Assembly (NCBI RefSeq): GCF_001194135.2
Contig: NC_068982.1
Location: 110,228,803 to 110,290,252, forward strand
DNA: 61,450 nucleotides
Reading direction: 5' to 3'
Source of the DNA: Octopus bimaculoides
Taxonomy: Eukaryota
Position numbers and translations under genes: made by a program. The notes under the pieces were generated by a model. It saw only the letters and a list, made by a program, of their open reading frames with translations, was not told where the DNA came from and searched no databases. Shown piece after piece: positions 25,987 to 38,614 of this stretch (positions are counted from its first letter, which is position 1; every line of letters starts with the position of its first letter).

Positions 25987-26999
25987 TGTTGTGGCGAGAG
26001 TATGACACCCTCTGACGAGAATAGATGGGACAACTACATATAAATAGTAGCGGTCTGACGTAATCGGCAGTTCGTAGTTTGTTCTTCGAAGTCCAGGTAC
26101 AGTTCGAGTTAGTGAGTTGGAAATCTTAATTGTTGGTTCGTAAAAGATTGTTGGTTCGTTACGTATTTGTTACTGCTGCTGTTTCTATTTTGTATTGTTA
26201 TAAAACTATTACAGTGTAGTCTTTATTTATCGTCGACAATATCAACCGTACTACGATACTGGAGGTGTAAGGATATAACATCTGGCGACAAGGATTTTTC
26301 CATCCAAGCTCGCGTAGGTTATTTGACAATTTGTACGTCATACAAATTGTTAAATTATAGAGAACCTATAAGTTGCAGTAATACAGCTTCAAGAGAAACA
26401 ACAGGAACAACTACAGGAGTTGCAGGAGCAAATATTACAACAACAACAACAGCAGTTAAGTGAGTTACAGTCAAAGAAATCCGAAAATTCGGTAGGTTCG
26501 TTTACTCCAGACGGCGTAGCGAACTCGATTTCTGAATTCATTTATAATCCGGAGGAGGGTATTACGTTCCCTGCATACTATAAAAAGTACGAGGAAATTT
26601 TTAACAAAGATTGTAAGTCATGGTTGGATGAGGAAAACCTTGAGATAAGGCCCAAGCGAAAAAGATACTAAAAAATAGTAATAATAAATAAAATTTCTTT
26701 ATTCCTTCGAAACTCAAAATCTCAAAAGGGGAGATGTTGTGGCGAGAGTACGACACCTTCTGACGAGAATAGATGAGGCCACTACATATAAATAGTAGCG
26801 GTCTGACGTAGTCAGCAGCTCGTAATTTGGTCTTCGCAGTCCAGGTACAGTTTATAGTTCGAGTTAGTGTGTTGGAAATATTGATTGTTGGTTCATTACG
26901 TGTTTGTTACTGCCGCTATTTTTATTTTGTATTGTTATACCACTGTTACAGTGTATTCTTTATATATCGTTGACAATATCAAGGCGTGAGGATATAACA
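25987..26999 (+). mobile_element. Miniature (TRIM-like) Gypsy-derived LTR element, 1013 bp
   Basis: LTRs 25987-26280 and 26735-26999 (TGTTGTGGCGAGAGT...GGATATAACA), PBS-like TGGCGACAAG, PPT AAAAGGGGAGA, 5-bp TSD AGTAC/AGTTC. Confidence 0.92.
26420..26671 (+). CDS. 83-aa gag N-terminus fused in frame to an integrase C-terminal tail (expression unknown)
   Basis: MQEQILQQQQQQ..FTPDGVANSISEFIYNPEEGITFPAYYKKYEEIF matches the gag at 19013; NLEIRPKRKRY* matches the integrase end at 20690-20729. Confidence 0.5.
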   Translation: MQEQILQQQQQQLSELQSKKSENSVGSFTPDGVANSISEFIYNPEEGITFPAYYKKYEEIFNKDCKSWLDEENLEIRPKRKRY

Positions 27000-28617
27000 A
27001 GTTCCAAGTAATGCCGGTTTTTGCAATACACCTAGATTGTAGGATATTTCTAAATTTTCTAGATTGTTTTTTTTTTTTTCAGATTGGGTGGTATTGAACT
27101 CAATGGTCCGATGACAATAGGGACAATCTTTTTGTTTGACTCTCGTAGTTGCCACATCTTAGCGATCTCGATTCTCAGGTCTCCATATTTATCAATCTTT
27201 CTCTTTCTTTCATGATATGTTGATCTCCTAGCGCTGCCACGTCGATTATTAGGCACTCTTGTTTGTCTCACCTAAAAGTTACTATATCTGGCCTTCGGTG
27301 CTCTAACACCTAGTCTGTCTGGAAGTCAAAATCCCAGAGGATTTTTCCTTCCTCTTTTCATCCATTACTTTTTCCGGTCTATGTTGGTACCAAACACCCG
27401 TTACTTCGTATCCATACTTCCGGCATAGTAGCCAGTGAAGGTTTGGGGCTACCTTGTCATGTCTGCGCTTGTGCTCTTTCTGCGCAAGATTTTCACAAGC
27501 ACTAACAATGTGGGTCACACTTTCGACCCTCTTCCCACACATTCGGCAGGGGTTCATTGCACTTGTGCGGTACATATATCCCTTTTCACTGAATTGGTAC
27601 TTAATGCCTGATCCTGGGCAGTGATGATTAGGCTGTCAGCATTTTTTGTTGGGTCACCCTTGCTGAGCCACTTCCATGATGCTTCCTGGCCTTAAGTTGT
27701 TAGTTTCACGTTGGAACTGACCGTGTAATTCCATGCGGATTAGGATTTCTTCTCTCTCGTTGGCTGTTCGTGAGCGGAATTCATGAGCACTCTCAAGTCC
27801 ATTTTTGGTAAATCCTACTGCATTAGCAGCATGCTGTAGCAGGTCTTGTCTGCTACTTACCCATGTTTCTTTTTTTACTGTTGATGCACTCTCGTATGCT
27901 AATCAGCCCACGTCCACCTTTACCCCTCTTCATGTAGAACCTGTGTACATTCACCTTAGGGTGGAGGCACCATGCATTGTCATTGTCTTTCGGGTAGTGC
28001 GATCGAGTTGGTTAATCTCTGCTTGTGTCCATTTTAGGATGGGAACTTTATAGCGGACTACAACAACAACCCATATGTTGATGGCAGTCACAAGGTTCCT
28101 TGAGTTGAGCTTCGATTTCTAGAGATGTTTGAGGCGCTTGAAATATGCAGATGACCTTGTCTTTCATTTCTCTGTGCAAGATATTGTCCAGCTCCAGGAT
28201 CCCAAGGTACTTGTACCCATCATCATCCGGGTCTTTCATTCTCTCTCTGTTTGTCAATCTTATGCCCCTAATTATCATTATTGTTACTCGATTCATGAGA
28301 ATTTTTCACTACTCCATGAGATACACATCTGAGTTATTGTGATACATGAAGAGTTTCCTTCTGGTGTAATCGAAAGATGTTTGTGTTACATCTAATTTTC
28401 TCTTTTGTGGTGTTTGTTTTGTTCTTTCTCGTGTTAATTTAGTCTGCCTATGCTAGAAATTAACTTTTATTTGCTATGAAATTCTTTAATGTATTGGGAG
28501 GTGTAGACTATATAAACTATAGCCATGATACTAGAATACTTAGAGGGAATTGTGTACAATTTGTGGGAATTAAGTTACTTGATCCTTGTAAGGTTATATT
28601 TTGGATAATACCTAATG

Positions 28618-28690
28618 CAGTGGTTCTCAACCTTTTCACTACCAAGGACCCCTTTTATTTAAATGAGTTTTTCCGCGGACCCCTTTTAAT
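28618..28690 (+). mobile_element. hAT MITE left-end fragment
   Basis: CAGTGGTTCTCAACCTTTT followed by GGACCCC motifs; no right end seen. Confidence 0.55.
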
Positions 28691-28725
28691 ATGCTTATCC
28701 TTATATATGTATATGTGTATGTATG

Positions 28726-28766
<41 letters not shown>

Positions 28767-28768
<2 letters not shown>

Positions 28769-29041
28769 AGGCGCAATGGCCCAGTGGTTAGAGCAGCGGA
28801 CTTGCGGTCATAGGATCGCGGTTTCGATTCCCAGACCGGGCGTTGTGAGTGTCTATTGAGCGAAAACACCTAAAGTTCCACGAGGCTCCGGCAGGGGGTG
28901 GTGGCGAACCCTACAGTACTCTTTCACCACAACTTTCTCTCACTCTTTCTTCCTGTTTCTGTTGTACCTGTATTTCAAAGGGCCAGCCTTGTCACAATGT
29001 GTCACGCTGAATATCCCCGAGAACTACGTTAAGGGTACACG
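28767..29041 (+). mobile_element. SINE family B, cut by assembly gap 29042-29124
   Basis: Near-identical to the 23741 copy up to the gap. Confidence 0.9.
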
Positions 29042-29124
29042 NNNNNNNNNNNNNNNNNNNNNNNNNNNNNNNNNNNNNNNNNNNNNNNNNNNNNNNNNNN
29101 NNNNNNNNNNNNNNNNNNNNNNNN

Positions 29125-29158
<34 letters not shown>

Positions 29159-29490
29159 CACGAAATTATGAATTATTGGGAACTACTGATCTAATGTTTT
29201 AAGATCTGTAGTGTATTTTTTATGCTTTTTGCCCATGTTCTTCTTTATTATGTTACACAGTGCATCGATTATTATTGTACTATTTTTGTTCTTATAACTC
29301 ACATCATGCTTATTTCCATTTTAAGGCCTTGTAATTCGATAGCGTCCCAACTTCCTTCCGAGTGACGTTTTAACCGGAAGAGACCGAATGTCTGCATTGT
29401 TATTATGCCAATATTAGAAATGTTTATTGTATTTATTGTTATATTGTTGTGACTGTTGTTGCTGTAGCTGTTTTGTTGTTGTTGTTATTT

Positions 29491-29884
29491 CGAGCCGGCA
29501 GATACGTTAGTGTGCCGGACAAAATTCTTAGAAGCATTTCATCCGTCTCTACGTTCTGAGTTCAAATACTGCTGAGGTCGACTTTGTCCTTCACCCTTTC
29601 GGAGTCGATGGAATAAGTACCAGTTGAGCACTGGAGTTCATGTAGTCGACTAGCGCCCTCCCACAAAATTTTCTGGTCTTGTGCCTATTACTCTTTTACT
29701 TGTTTCAGTCATTTTGACTGTGGCCATGCTGGAGTACCGCCTTTAGTCGAGCAAATAGACCCCAAGACTTATTCTTTATAAGCCTAGTACTTATTCTATC
29801 GGTTTCTTTTGCCGAACTGCTAAGTTACGGGGGAGTAAACACACCAGCATCGGTTGTCAAGCGATGTTGGGGGGACAAACACAG

Positions 29885-29951
<67 letters not shown>

Positions 29952-30132
29952 TACGACAGGCTTCTTTCAGTTTCCGTCTACCAAATCCACTCACAAGGCT
30001 TTGGTCGGCCCGAGGCTATAGTAGAAGACACTTTCCCAAGGTGCCACGCAGTGGGACTGAACCCGGAACCATGTGGTTCGTAAGCAAGCTACTTACCACA
30101 CAGCCACTCCTACGCCTATTGTAGAAAGGATC
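29491..30132 (+). mobile_element. Family C SINE interrupted near its tail by a family A SINE
   Basis: Body 29491-29689 ends GTGCCTATT; tail resumes ATTGTAGAAAGG at 30118. Confidence 0.75.
29688..30117 (-). mobile_element. SINE family A, full length, nested
   Basis: Complete reverse-complement copy ending AGGCGTA. Confidence 0.9.
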
Positions 30133-30487
30133 ATCATCGTCATCGTCATCACCATCACCATCACCATCACCATCCATAATCTGATTAGTACTTCGTTTCT
30201 GGTGCTCTATATCTATACCTTCTTTGATTATCATCATAGAAAGTCATATCATCATCTTATTATGGCAATGTTTTTTCTTCGAGATCAAGACGTTGTAACT
30301 AAGGTTCGTAGATCTTAAGACTCTTAGCATATTTATGTGCAAAACGTGTTTTTTAAATTACCATAAATGACTATGGACATTGTTGGGCCACTGTAATTCA
30401 ACCTCAATTCATAATAGGTTGAAAGTATTCATAGGTTAATATGTAAACTTTTAAAATAATTATCATGGTAAATAAGATTAATTATAT

Positions 30488-33214
30488 CGTTGTAGGGAAT
30501 TAGTAATAATGGTACACCCTTCCCACGTGACGAGTGGAATGACATGGCCACTATAAGTAAGCTGACGTCGGCCAGTATCGACAGTAGTATTTGTGCTGAT
30601 ATAGTAATTATACTGAGTGGACGTTATAACAATCCAACCTTTTGAGGATAATAACACTGTTCGACTGCGGGGTGGGGAGTATCGTACAGTGCTAGATAGA
30701 AATATCTTATCGACGACTTCGGAATATTACAATATCTATCAGAGCGACAGCTGTCGTACAAAGGCAGATATAATAGTGGCGACGAGGATAAACCAATTCA
30801 CATGGAGCTAATAGAAACTCGTAGAGGAGTTAACAAACTCATAAAGTTTTTATGTAAATTTTACGAAAAGTTGTTATTGAAGATTTTTTGGCCGGTCTGC
30901 TTGAGTTATAAAAAAGCAATAACAGCTGAAAGAAGAAGAACAGCAACTGCAGATACAACTGCAAGTCCAACAGCAGACGCAACAACAACAACAATTAATA
31001 TTACAGCAACAAATGCTGCAATTACTGAAGTCGTCAGGAAAGCCAGAAAAAAGTGCTCTCGCCAGACTATGTTACGAATTCAATAACTGAATTCAAATAC
31101 GAACCTGACGAAGGTGTCACCTTCGAAGTATACTACAGAAGATATGAGCAAATCTTCGAGAAAGAATGTAAAGATTAGGACGACGAGATCAAAACTTGCT
31201 TAATCTTGAGAAAACTAGCGCCAACAGAACATGAGCGGTACAGTAATTTTGTACCCCCATGAAAACCGTCTAGTTTAATGACACGATAGATACATTGTGT
31301 AAGATTTTCAGTGAAAAAGCTCCTTGTTCAATGCAGGATGGAAGTATCTGAACATAGAGGAAAAATAGTTACGAGGACTACATCAAATATGCTAGTAGAG
31401 TAAACAGGAAATGCGAGAAGTTTAAGCTGGACGAATTAACTCCAGATATTTTCAAATGACTAAATTTTACACAAGTACTTACTGCCAAAAAGGACGCAGA
31501 AGTTAGAACTAGAATTCTCGCAAAGCTGGAACAAAGCCAGGATGTAACCCTGAAAAAAGTGTCTGGAGAATGTAAAGATTGTTTCCCAGTAAAACCAGTG
31601 CGGAATAGTCTGAATAGAGATAAAATGTTTTCTAAAAAACACGACAAACATCAGGATATAAACCTATGTTTTACATGTGGTGGTATACACCTGAGGAAAA
31701 ACTGTCCATTTATAAAAGCGGAGTGTTATCGTTATGGAAATATAGGACATATAAAGTTGTACTGTAGAACGAAGATGATAAAACGTCAGAACAACGAGAA
31801 AAATTTAAGTAGTTTGTCAACAAGAAAAAAAGGGTAAAACAACGAACAGAAAATTCGTAAATGTGAAAATTAAAAAACAAGTGTAAAATTGAAGTTCGAC
31901 ACAGGTAGTGACATGACTATTATGAACGAAAAAACGTGGAAATATGTCGGTAAGCCGAAGTTAATTAAATTTAAAAAGGTAGCACATGGTATTACGGGGA
32001 GAAAAATACTATATTTTATCGGCAAATGCGTGTGGAGGCGCGTGGCCTAGTGGTTGGGATGTCAGCATCATGATCATAAGACTGTAGTTTCGATTCCTGG
32101 ACCGGGTGACGCGTTGTGTTCTTAAGCAAAACACTTCATTTCACGTTGCTCCAGTCCGCTCAGTTGGCAAAAATGAGTAACGCTGCGATTGACTGGCGTC
32201 CCGTCCAGCTGGGGAACACGTACGCCACGGGAAACCGGGCCCATGAGCCTGGCTAGGCTTTAAAAGGGCGCATTTTTTTTTTTTTAATGCATATGTAACG
32301 TAACATTTCGAGGTCAAACGAAAAAGGCTAAGATATATGTATTGAAATATTCATTTAATTTATTCGGTACAGAATGGATACAACTATTAAATTTATGGGA
32401 TATACCCGTAAGTGTTTTGTGTAGAAATATAATCGCCTCAGTCGAAGGTTCAAATGGGGCCGAAAGACTGAAACAAAAAATTGCAGTAAAACACGAAACA
32501 CCTGTATGTAGGCCAAAATGAAATGTACCGTTTACAGCCAATAGACTAGGTTAACAAGGAACCGGAAAGGCTGGAAAGTTTTGATATAGCTGAAAAGAAT
32601 AAGTACGCAGACTGGGCAAAACCGACGGTTTACGTGAAAAAGGAGAATTACAAACGAAGTGTTTGTACAGATTCTTCAACAAGGATGAACGATTTTTAAG
32701 TCGCACATGCTCACATTTGTTAAAAAATTAACACATACAATGGCTTATAGTAAATTTAAGCGGCTTCTCTTTGGTGTAGAGATAAAATGTGAAATTTTGA
32801 TGCAGGGAAAAAACTCAAAAAAGGGAGGTGGGGGTGAATAAAAATATTATAGCTAAATAAAAAGATACTTCCTAAGAAAAACTTACAAGGGAAAATGTTA
32901 TAGGGAACTAGTAATAATGGTATACTCCTCCTACGTGACTAGTAGAATTACACAGTTACTATAAGTAAGGGGACGTCGGCCAGTATCGACAGAGTAGGTA
33001 GAGTACGTGTAGACTATGTTGATAGTCGTGTTTGTGCTGATAAAATAATTATACTGTTATACTGAATGGATGTTGTCACGATCCAACCTTTTGAGGATAA
33101 TAACATTGTGTGACTAGAAGTCGTACAGTGCCAGATAGAAGCATCCAATCGACGACTTCAGAATATAACAATATTTGTCAGAACGACAACCGTCGTACAG
33201 AGACAGATACAACA
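30488..33214 (+). mobile_element. Gypsy-type LTR retrotransposon, deleted: LTR-gag-protease-RT start-LTR
   Basis: Related LTRs 30488-30775 and 32896-33214, PBS-like GTGGCGACGAGGA; gag SPDYVTNSITEFKYEPDEGVTF, zinc knuckle CFTCGGIHLRKNC, protease KFDTGSDMTIM, RT start WAKPTVYVKK..CTDSST; no integrase; no TSD match. Confidence 0.85.
32032..32285 (+). mobile_element. SINE family E inserted in the LTR-element protease
   Basis: tRNA-like head, CORE-like segment, GCTGCGATTGACTGGCGTCCCGTCCAG (V-domain-like), T-run tail; flanks AATGCGTGT / AATGCATATGT rejoin protease GKC.CNVTFRGQT. Confidence 0.75.
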
Positions 33215-36200
33215 GTGTGTGTGTGTGTGTGTATTTTTATGTGAGTGTGTGTGTGTGTGTTTATAAAGTAATACATGTGACCGTACTGTGTGAGTTATCT
33301 TTAGTATTGCATTCAGCGCTCAATTAGGTCTTATTAACCTCTACATGATTTTAGAAATTATGAAAAATATATTCTTTAAAAAGGATTTTAACAACCTTAG
33401 AAGCCAGTCAAGATTGATATTTCTTCTATTGTAGGTGTGAATTATATCTCCCTTAAATGATCTGGTATCAAAAAAGGTCCAGTCAAACTGCTGATGAAAT
33501 TAAATCACCTATATTTTGCTCACTAAGCAAAAGTGCTAAACTTTTATATGGGAATCTCCTCAATCATATGTTTTATAAATCTGTCGAGTACATACGTTAT
33601 CCGAATTTGAAACGCTAACAATGAATCTAACAAACAGTTATGTCAGATGTCTGGTTCCGGTTCAGATACTAAAATTACTGTCGACGTTTGTTTCTTAACA
33701 ATGAATAGAATTTTGCCAGTATCCATTAATACAATTGTCTTATTGTTTATTTTGAGAGTCATAATTTACAAACAAACACAAATGCACCTCGAAGTGTCCG
33801 CACTGAATGGTGAGTAAGTATTCACCAGGGCTTGATTATTTACCACATCTAAAAGGAGTCATGTATAAACGCTGCCTAATTTCCTGCAACTAACACGCAA
33901 TGAGAAATTCATAGAGACTTTACACTGATATCGAATATTTAATGTTCAAACTTACACAAGAATGCTACAAAAAATGTTATCCGCTGCCGTAGAAACTCAC
34001 TGACGCGTGTAACTAAACTTGAGATTATGATGAAAACGTTATAAATTTAAAATGTGTGTCAAGTGGTCATCGCTTCCAGCCGAAATGGTAAAGAAACCCA
34101 GGAAGCGTGAAAGTAGCGTTTATTGACCATTATTGTTATGCACATTGTTGGATATGCTTCAAGAAACAACCCACAAAGTGAACTGAACTTGTTTAATTAC
34201 TGTATTGTATCTTTAGATGGGAAACTACAAAAGCATGTGGGGGGTAGTAAATGTTTGGGTTCGTGTATAAATTAAAAAGAAAAATAACTGACCTGTTGGA
34301 GGAAATAAAACAACTTGCATATAGCGAGAAAGATGATATAACTTTAAAAAAAAGAAAGAATTGGAAGGAAATGCTTGTTTTCCAGTTCATTCCCATTGCT
34401 TATAATAAATTTATCGTGAACTTTTGTTCTTTGTTACAGCTACCGATAAATATTTAAAATATGAATAGTTTCACTCATCTATTTCTAAAATGGTTGGATA
34501 CATTTCTTTCTTTCTTCCGTTCTAAAAAAAATTGTTTCGCTGTTTAACGCCATCTCTTATACATATCTATCTGATATTCATAACTGGAATCAGTTTTTAT
34601 TAACCTTCAAGTAATGAATGAATAATGTCGAAATAATGTAGAATCAGGTACTGCATAAATAGAATCCGGTAAATTAAAGTCTTCAGAGCGAAGTATTACA
34701 AACATTTTCTTGACATCTCCATCAAACAGAAGAAGCCAATCCAATATTATCAATTAACCTATCGTAGATCTTGTACAATATTTCGAATTTCCAATTTTCT
34801 TTCCTTCTGATACATTGCTTCAACACAAAATAGTCTTATTCGTCTACAGTTTATTATCTAAGAGTAAAAGAGTATCTATTTTTTGATGCGATTGTTGATG
34901 TCTACCTATGTTGAGTAGAATCTGTTCTTTCTTTTATTCGAAAGAAAAACATTACTATTCGTATTTTATTAACTGTACTATTAACTACAACATATTTCCT
35001 TCTCCCCACCACACTCTCTCTCTCTTTCTCTCTTAATCTTTCTACTATCTCCTTTCCTCTCTCTCTCGTTCTTTCTTTCCCTCTCTCTTCATTCGGGGTA
35101 TTCTCAGGGAAAACAATTATTTGTAACGAAGTATTCACAAACTATCACGCTTCTTTTTGTTTTTTTTCACTCGATCTCTTCCAATACAATCCTCCTCTCC
35201 AGTCATTCGAATCTTCGGTACACAGAAACCTGTCTCTTCGCTTAGAAATCCTACCCCAGTTCTATGTGTTTCATCATATCAATTCTAGCCATTAAAAGAT
35301 TATCAAACTGATGCTACAAAGAAAACGTTTCTTCAACACACAACTGAATCAGATCCCTAAGCTCAGCATTATAAAACTTATATCCATTATCAAACTCATG
35401 TAACAAAATACTGTAATACGTCTTCAAAAATACCTTACAAATATTCAACACAGAGAAAAGTCTTGCAAGTCTAACCAATAATTTTTTAACCCAACTTTCA
35501 TATTCAGTAAAGGATCTAGAGATAAAGTAATTGGTTGATCGTAATCAAAATTCAGAGTTGCATTGATAGACCAAAACTGAAAGCAATCCGAGCGAAATTA
35601 AAGGGGGCTCATTTTGCGAATGAAACCGGCTAGATCCCCAATAAATTTAGAAAAAGATTTTCAAGAAACTAAACGTTCCTTGCATTTAACCCACAGTCAA
35701 AGTATTCTTTTTCTCTTCTCCGAACACACAAATTCCAAATCATTTTCGTGGTCAGTTCTCTGAGACTCACTGCATCCATCAATTTCTACGCTCACCAAAT
35801 GTGACAAAGCTTTCATTAGCGTAAAATGAATTCTCTTTGCAACCATCAAGTGCTCGGCTTCTCAATTGGTTAAGATACTCACTAAGTTCGTCGCATCACA
35901 TTCATTTCAAAAAGCTGTCAGTCTCAGAACTCAAAGGCAGTAGTTTAAGACAAAAAAAAAAAAAAAACTCTGCCGGATCATCAAATTACCGAACTATTAC
36001 TGTTACTTTGAATATATCAAGTGAACGAGGAAGCCTCTGCAAGGACGCTCGATCTGCTAGAAATAGCAGTTAACGACGACACACATACACACACACACAC
36101 ACACACACTTAAAACATATAGATTTTAAATAAGGAAAAAACTAATTGGATAATGTAGTCTTTCATGTCCCGAAAAGTCGAGATGGTCACAACAGGGATAC

Positions 36201-36318
36201 CTTTGATCATAATTCTGCTTTGGCCATGGTTGACCTGAGACTGAACAGCAACAACCTCAAATATATTTAGGGCCATGATTGTTTCTTGAATCACCCAAAA
36301 TTTCTTTCTAATATATGT

Positions 36319-36531
36319 TAGTTTCAAATTTCGGCACAAGGCCAGAAATTTCAGGAGGCGCAAATCGATTACAATGACCCCCAGTGTCTAACTGGTACTT
36401 AATTTATCGACCCCGAAAGGAGGAAAGGCAAAGTCGACCTCGTCGGAATTTGAACTCAGAACATAAAGACAGACGAAATGCCGCTAAGCATTTTGACCGG
36501 CGTGCTATCGGTACTGCCAGCTCGTCGCCTT
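36319..36531 (-). mobile_element. Family C SINE, full length
   Basis: Reverse complement with intact head; TSD-like TCTTTCTAATATA / TCTTTCTAGTATA. Confidence 0.85.
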
Positions 36532-36543
36532 CTTTCTAGTATA

Positions 36544-36940
36544 CAGGGTTATCCAAAAAGAATGAACCAATTTCATTACGCAATATTTTAGCAAGGTAAA
36601 GTGATAGAAAACTCCAGCTAAGTCACAAGTATTTACTCACAATCAACTTTTATTTCTCGTCTTACAAGTGTTCAATGTGGACACCACCTGCAGCACGGGC
36701 AACATCAATGCGATAAGAGAATTCCTCCCAGACGCGTATCAGCATATCACGATCCACTGAGTACTTCTTTACCTGTCTAGTTGAATGCTTTATCGAAGTT
36801 TTGCCATTTCCCTTCTATGTCAATATCTTTTGGAATTGCCTCAATCAAAGCAAATTTATTCTTTAGTTCCGTAATGAACTTGCTTTTCCTTATTAAAATA
36901 TTGCGTAACGAAATCGGTTCATTCTTTTTGAATAACTCTG
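36544..36940 (-). mobile_element. Tc1/mariner-derived non-autonomous element, 397 bp
   Basis: About 46-bp TIRs (CAGGGTTATCCAAAAAGAATGAACC..), TA TSDs; minus strand keeps the transposase C-terminus SVDRDMLIRVWEEFSYRIDVARAAGGVHIEHL*. Confidence 0.85.
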
Positions 36941-37308
36941 TATACTTCGCATCAATTCTTAAACCTTGTTTATCTAACTAAAATGTTCTTCAAAATATCT
37001 TTCCTTTTACGACTTCACTTTCCACTGAAACCAATAACTTTGTTTTTTGTTTTTTTTGTCTTTTTTTACTATTTCCAAATATATACGTTATTGTATGGCT
37101 GTCACAACTCATTAGTCATTCACTCATCCTGACACATTTAATAAATTAAAGAGAGCTACAATACCTTCCCTTAGAATTAATTTTTAACACGCCAACCAGC
37201 ACAAAAGCTTGATAATATCTAACATAACTAAATCTCAAAATTTTCTTTATATCCCCCCCCCCCCAAATTCAATTGTACTATTATTTCTCTATTTATAAAC
37301 AGTTCATA

Positions 37309-37692
37309 GTGGAGGCGCACTGGCCCAGTGGTTAGAGCAGCGGACTCGCGGTCATAGGATCGCGGTTTCGATTCCCAGACCGGGTGTTGTGAGTGTTTAT
37401 TGAGCGAAAACGCCTAAAGCTCTACGAGGCTCCGGCAGGGGATGGTGGCGAACCCTGCTGTACTCTTCCACCACAACTTTCTCTCACTCTTACTTCTTGT
37501 TTCTGTTGTGCCAGTAATTCAAAGGGTCAGTCTTGTCACACTGTGTCACGCTGGATATCCCCGAGAACTACGTTAAGGGTACACGTGTCTGTGGAGTACT
37601 TAGCCACTTGCACGTTAATTTCACGAGCAGGCTGTTTCGTTGATCGGATCAACTGGACTCCTCGACGTCGTAAGCGACGGAGTGCCAACAAC
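37309..37692 (+). mobile_element. SINE family B, full length
   Basis: Matches 23741 copy; TSD ATAAACAGTTCATA / ATAAACATTTCATA. Confidence 0.9.
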
Positions 37693-38318
37693 ATAAACAT
37701 TTCATAACAAACAGAGATATTCTCTCTATACATGCATTGCTAATCGTAAATTTCTGAAAGCTCAAAACATGAATAAAACTGCAGCATAGAGATAGATCTT
37801 CTTTTTTAGAGCTAAATATTATGAACTTTGCATAGTTACTATAATTACTTACTTCTACAAGGTTTGAATGTGTTTGGACATTAATATATGTTTATATTAC
37901 GGAAATATTCAATTCAATTTACACCATATTAGTTTCGTTTTCAGAAATAATACTGTAGACGCAGGCAAGTCCATTGTACGGCATCATACGCAAGTGTCTT
38001 TCCTCTTCTACAACTTTGGATTGATCATATCACGTGCAGTTGGTAAGCCGAAACTGTCGTGTAAATAAATATGTTTAGTGATAAGGTATGCATGTGGGAA
38101 GATGTCCGTCGATTTCTATGTTCATCGGTTTACAACATGGAAACAACCGTTGGGTCCTTTTATGTCTCATATAACTGTTCGATAAAAAAAAATTGATAAA
38201 ATAAGTATTGGGATATGACCGACTAAAAGTAGAACGCCAGCCTGACCAAAGACCAGTGATTAAAATAAATAAAATAATAAAACAACTAAAACGACTCGCA
38301 GCATCCAATTCTCTAGAA

Positions 38319-38614
38319 CAGGGGTTTTCAAACTTTTTGACTTGCGGACCCCTTTATATTTCAGGCTTTACCTTAGGGACCCCTTATAAACGCTTATGAA
38401 ATTTATACATTACTATTTGCTTAAAATAACATATATCTTTACATTTATTCATTTAACAGTATTTAACAAATAGGTTTATTGTCAATTAAAATATTTCGAT
38501 TAAAAAACATATATAAAATCAAATTGCCCATAAAAAGTATTTGCTGTCTACGGACCCCCTGTCTTGTCCTTGTGGACCCCCTGTGGTCCGCGGACCACAG
38601 TTTGGAAACCCCTA
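38319..38614 (+). mobile_element. hAT (Charlie-type) MITE
   Basis: TIR CAGGGGTTTTCAAACT / AGTTTGGAAACCCCTA; perfect 8-bp TSD CTCTAGAA. Confidence 0.95.

Larger units (their letters stand above)
25833..28400 (-). mobile_element. R4/Dong-like non-LTR retrotransposon, 5'-truncated, interrupted by a mini LTR element
   Basis: GYKYLGILE (RT end), CRMCGKRVESVTHIVSAC zinc knuckle, RHDKV, KIDKYGDLRIEIAKMWQL, IVPIVIG, and C-terminus QKPALLGT|TACLLRKVLSV* rejoined across the 25987-26999 insertion; (AAC)n tail at 25833-25853. Confidence 0.85.

Noticed and set aside
30483-33219. TSD for LTR elements 1 and 3
   Set aside because: Flanks do not match (GGTAA/CCTAA; TATAT/GTGTG), so none is claimed; recombination between copies or decay is possible.
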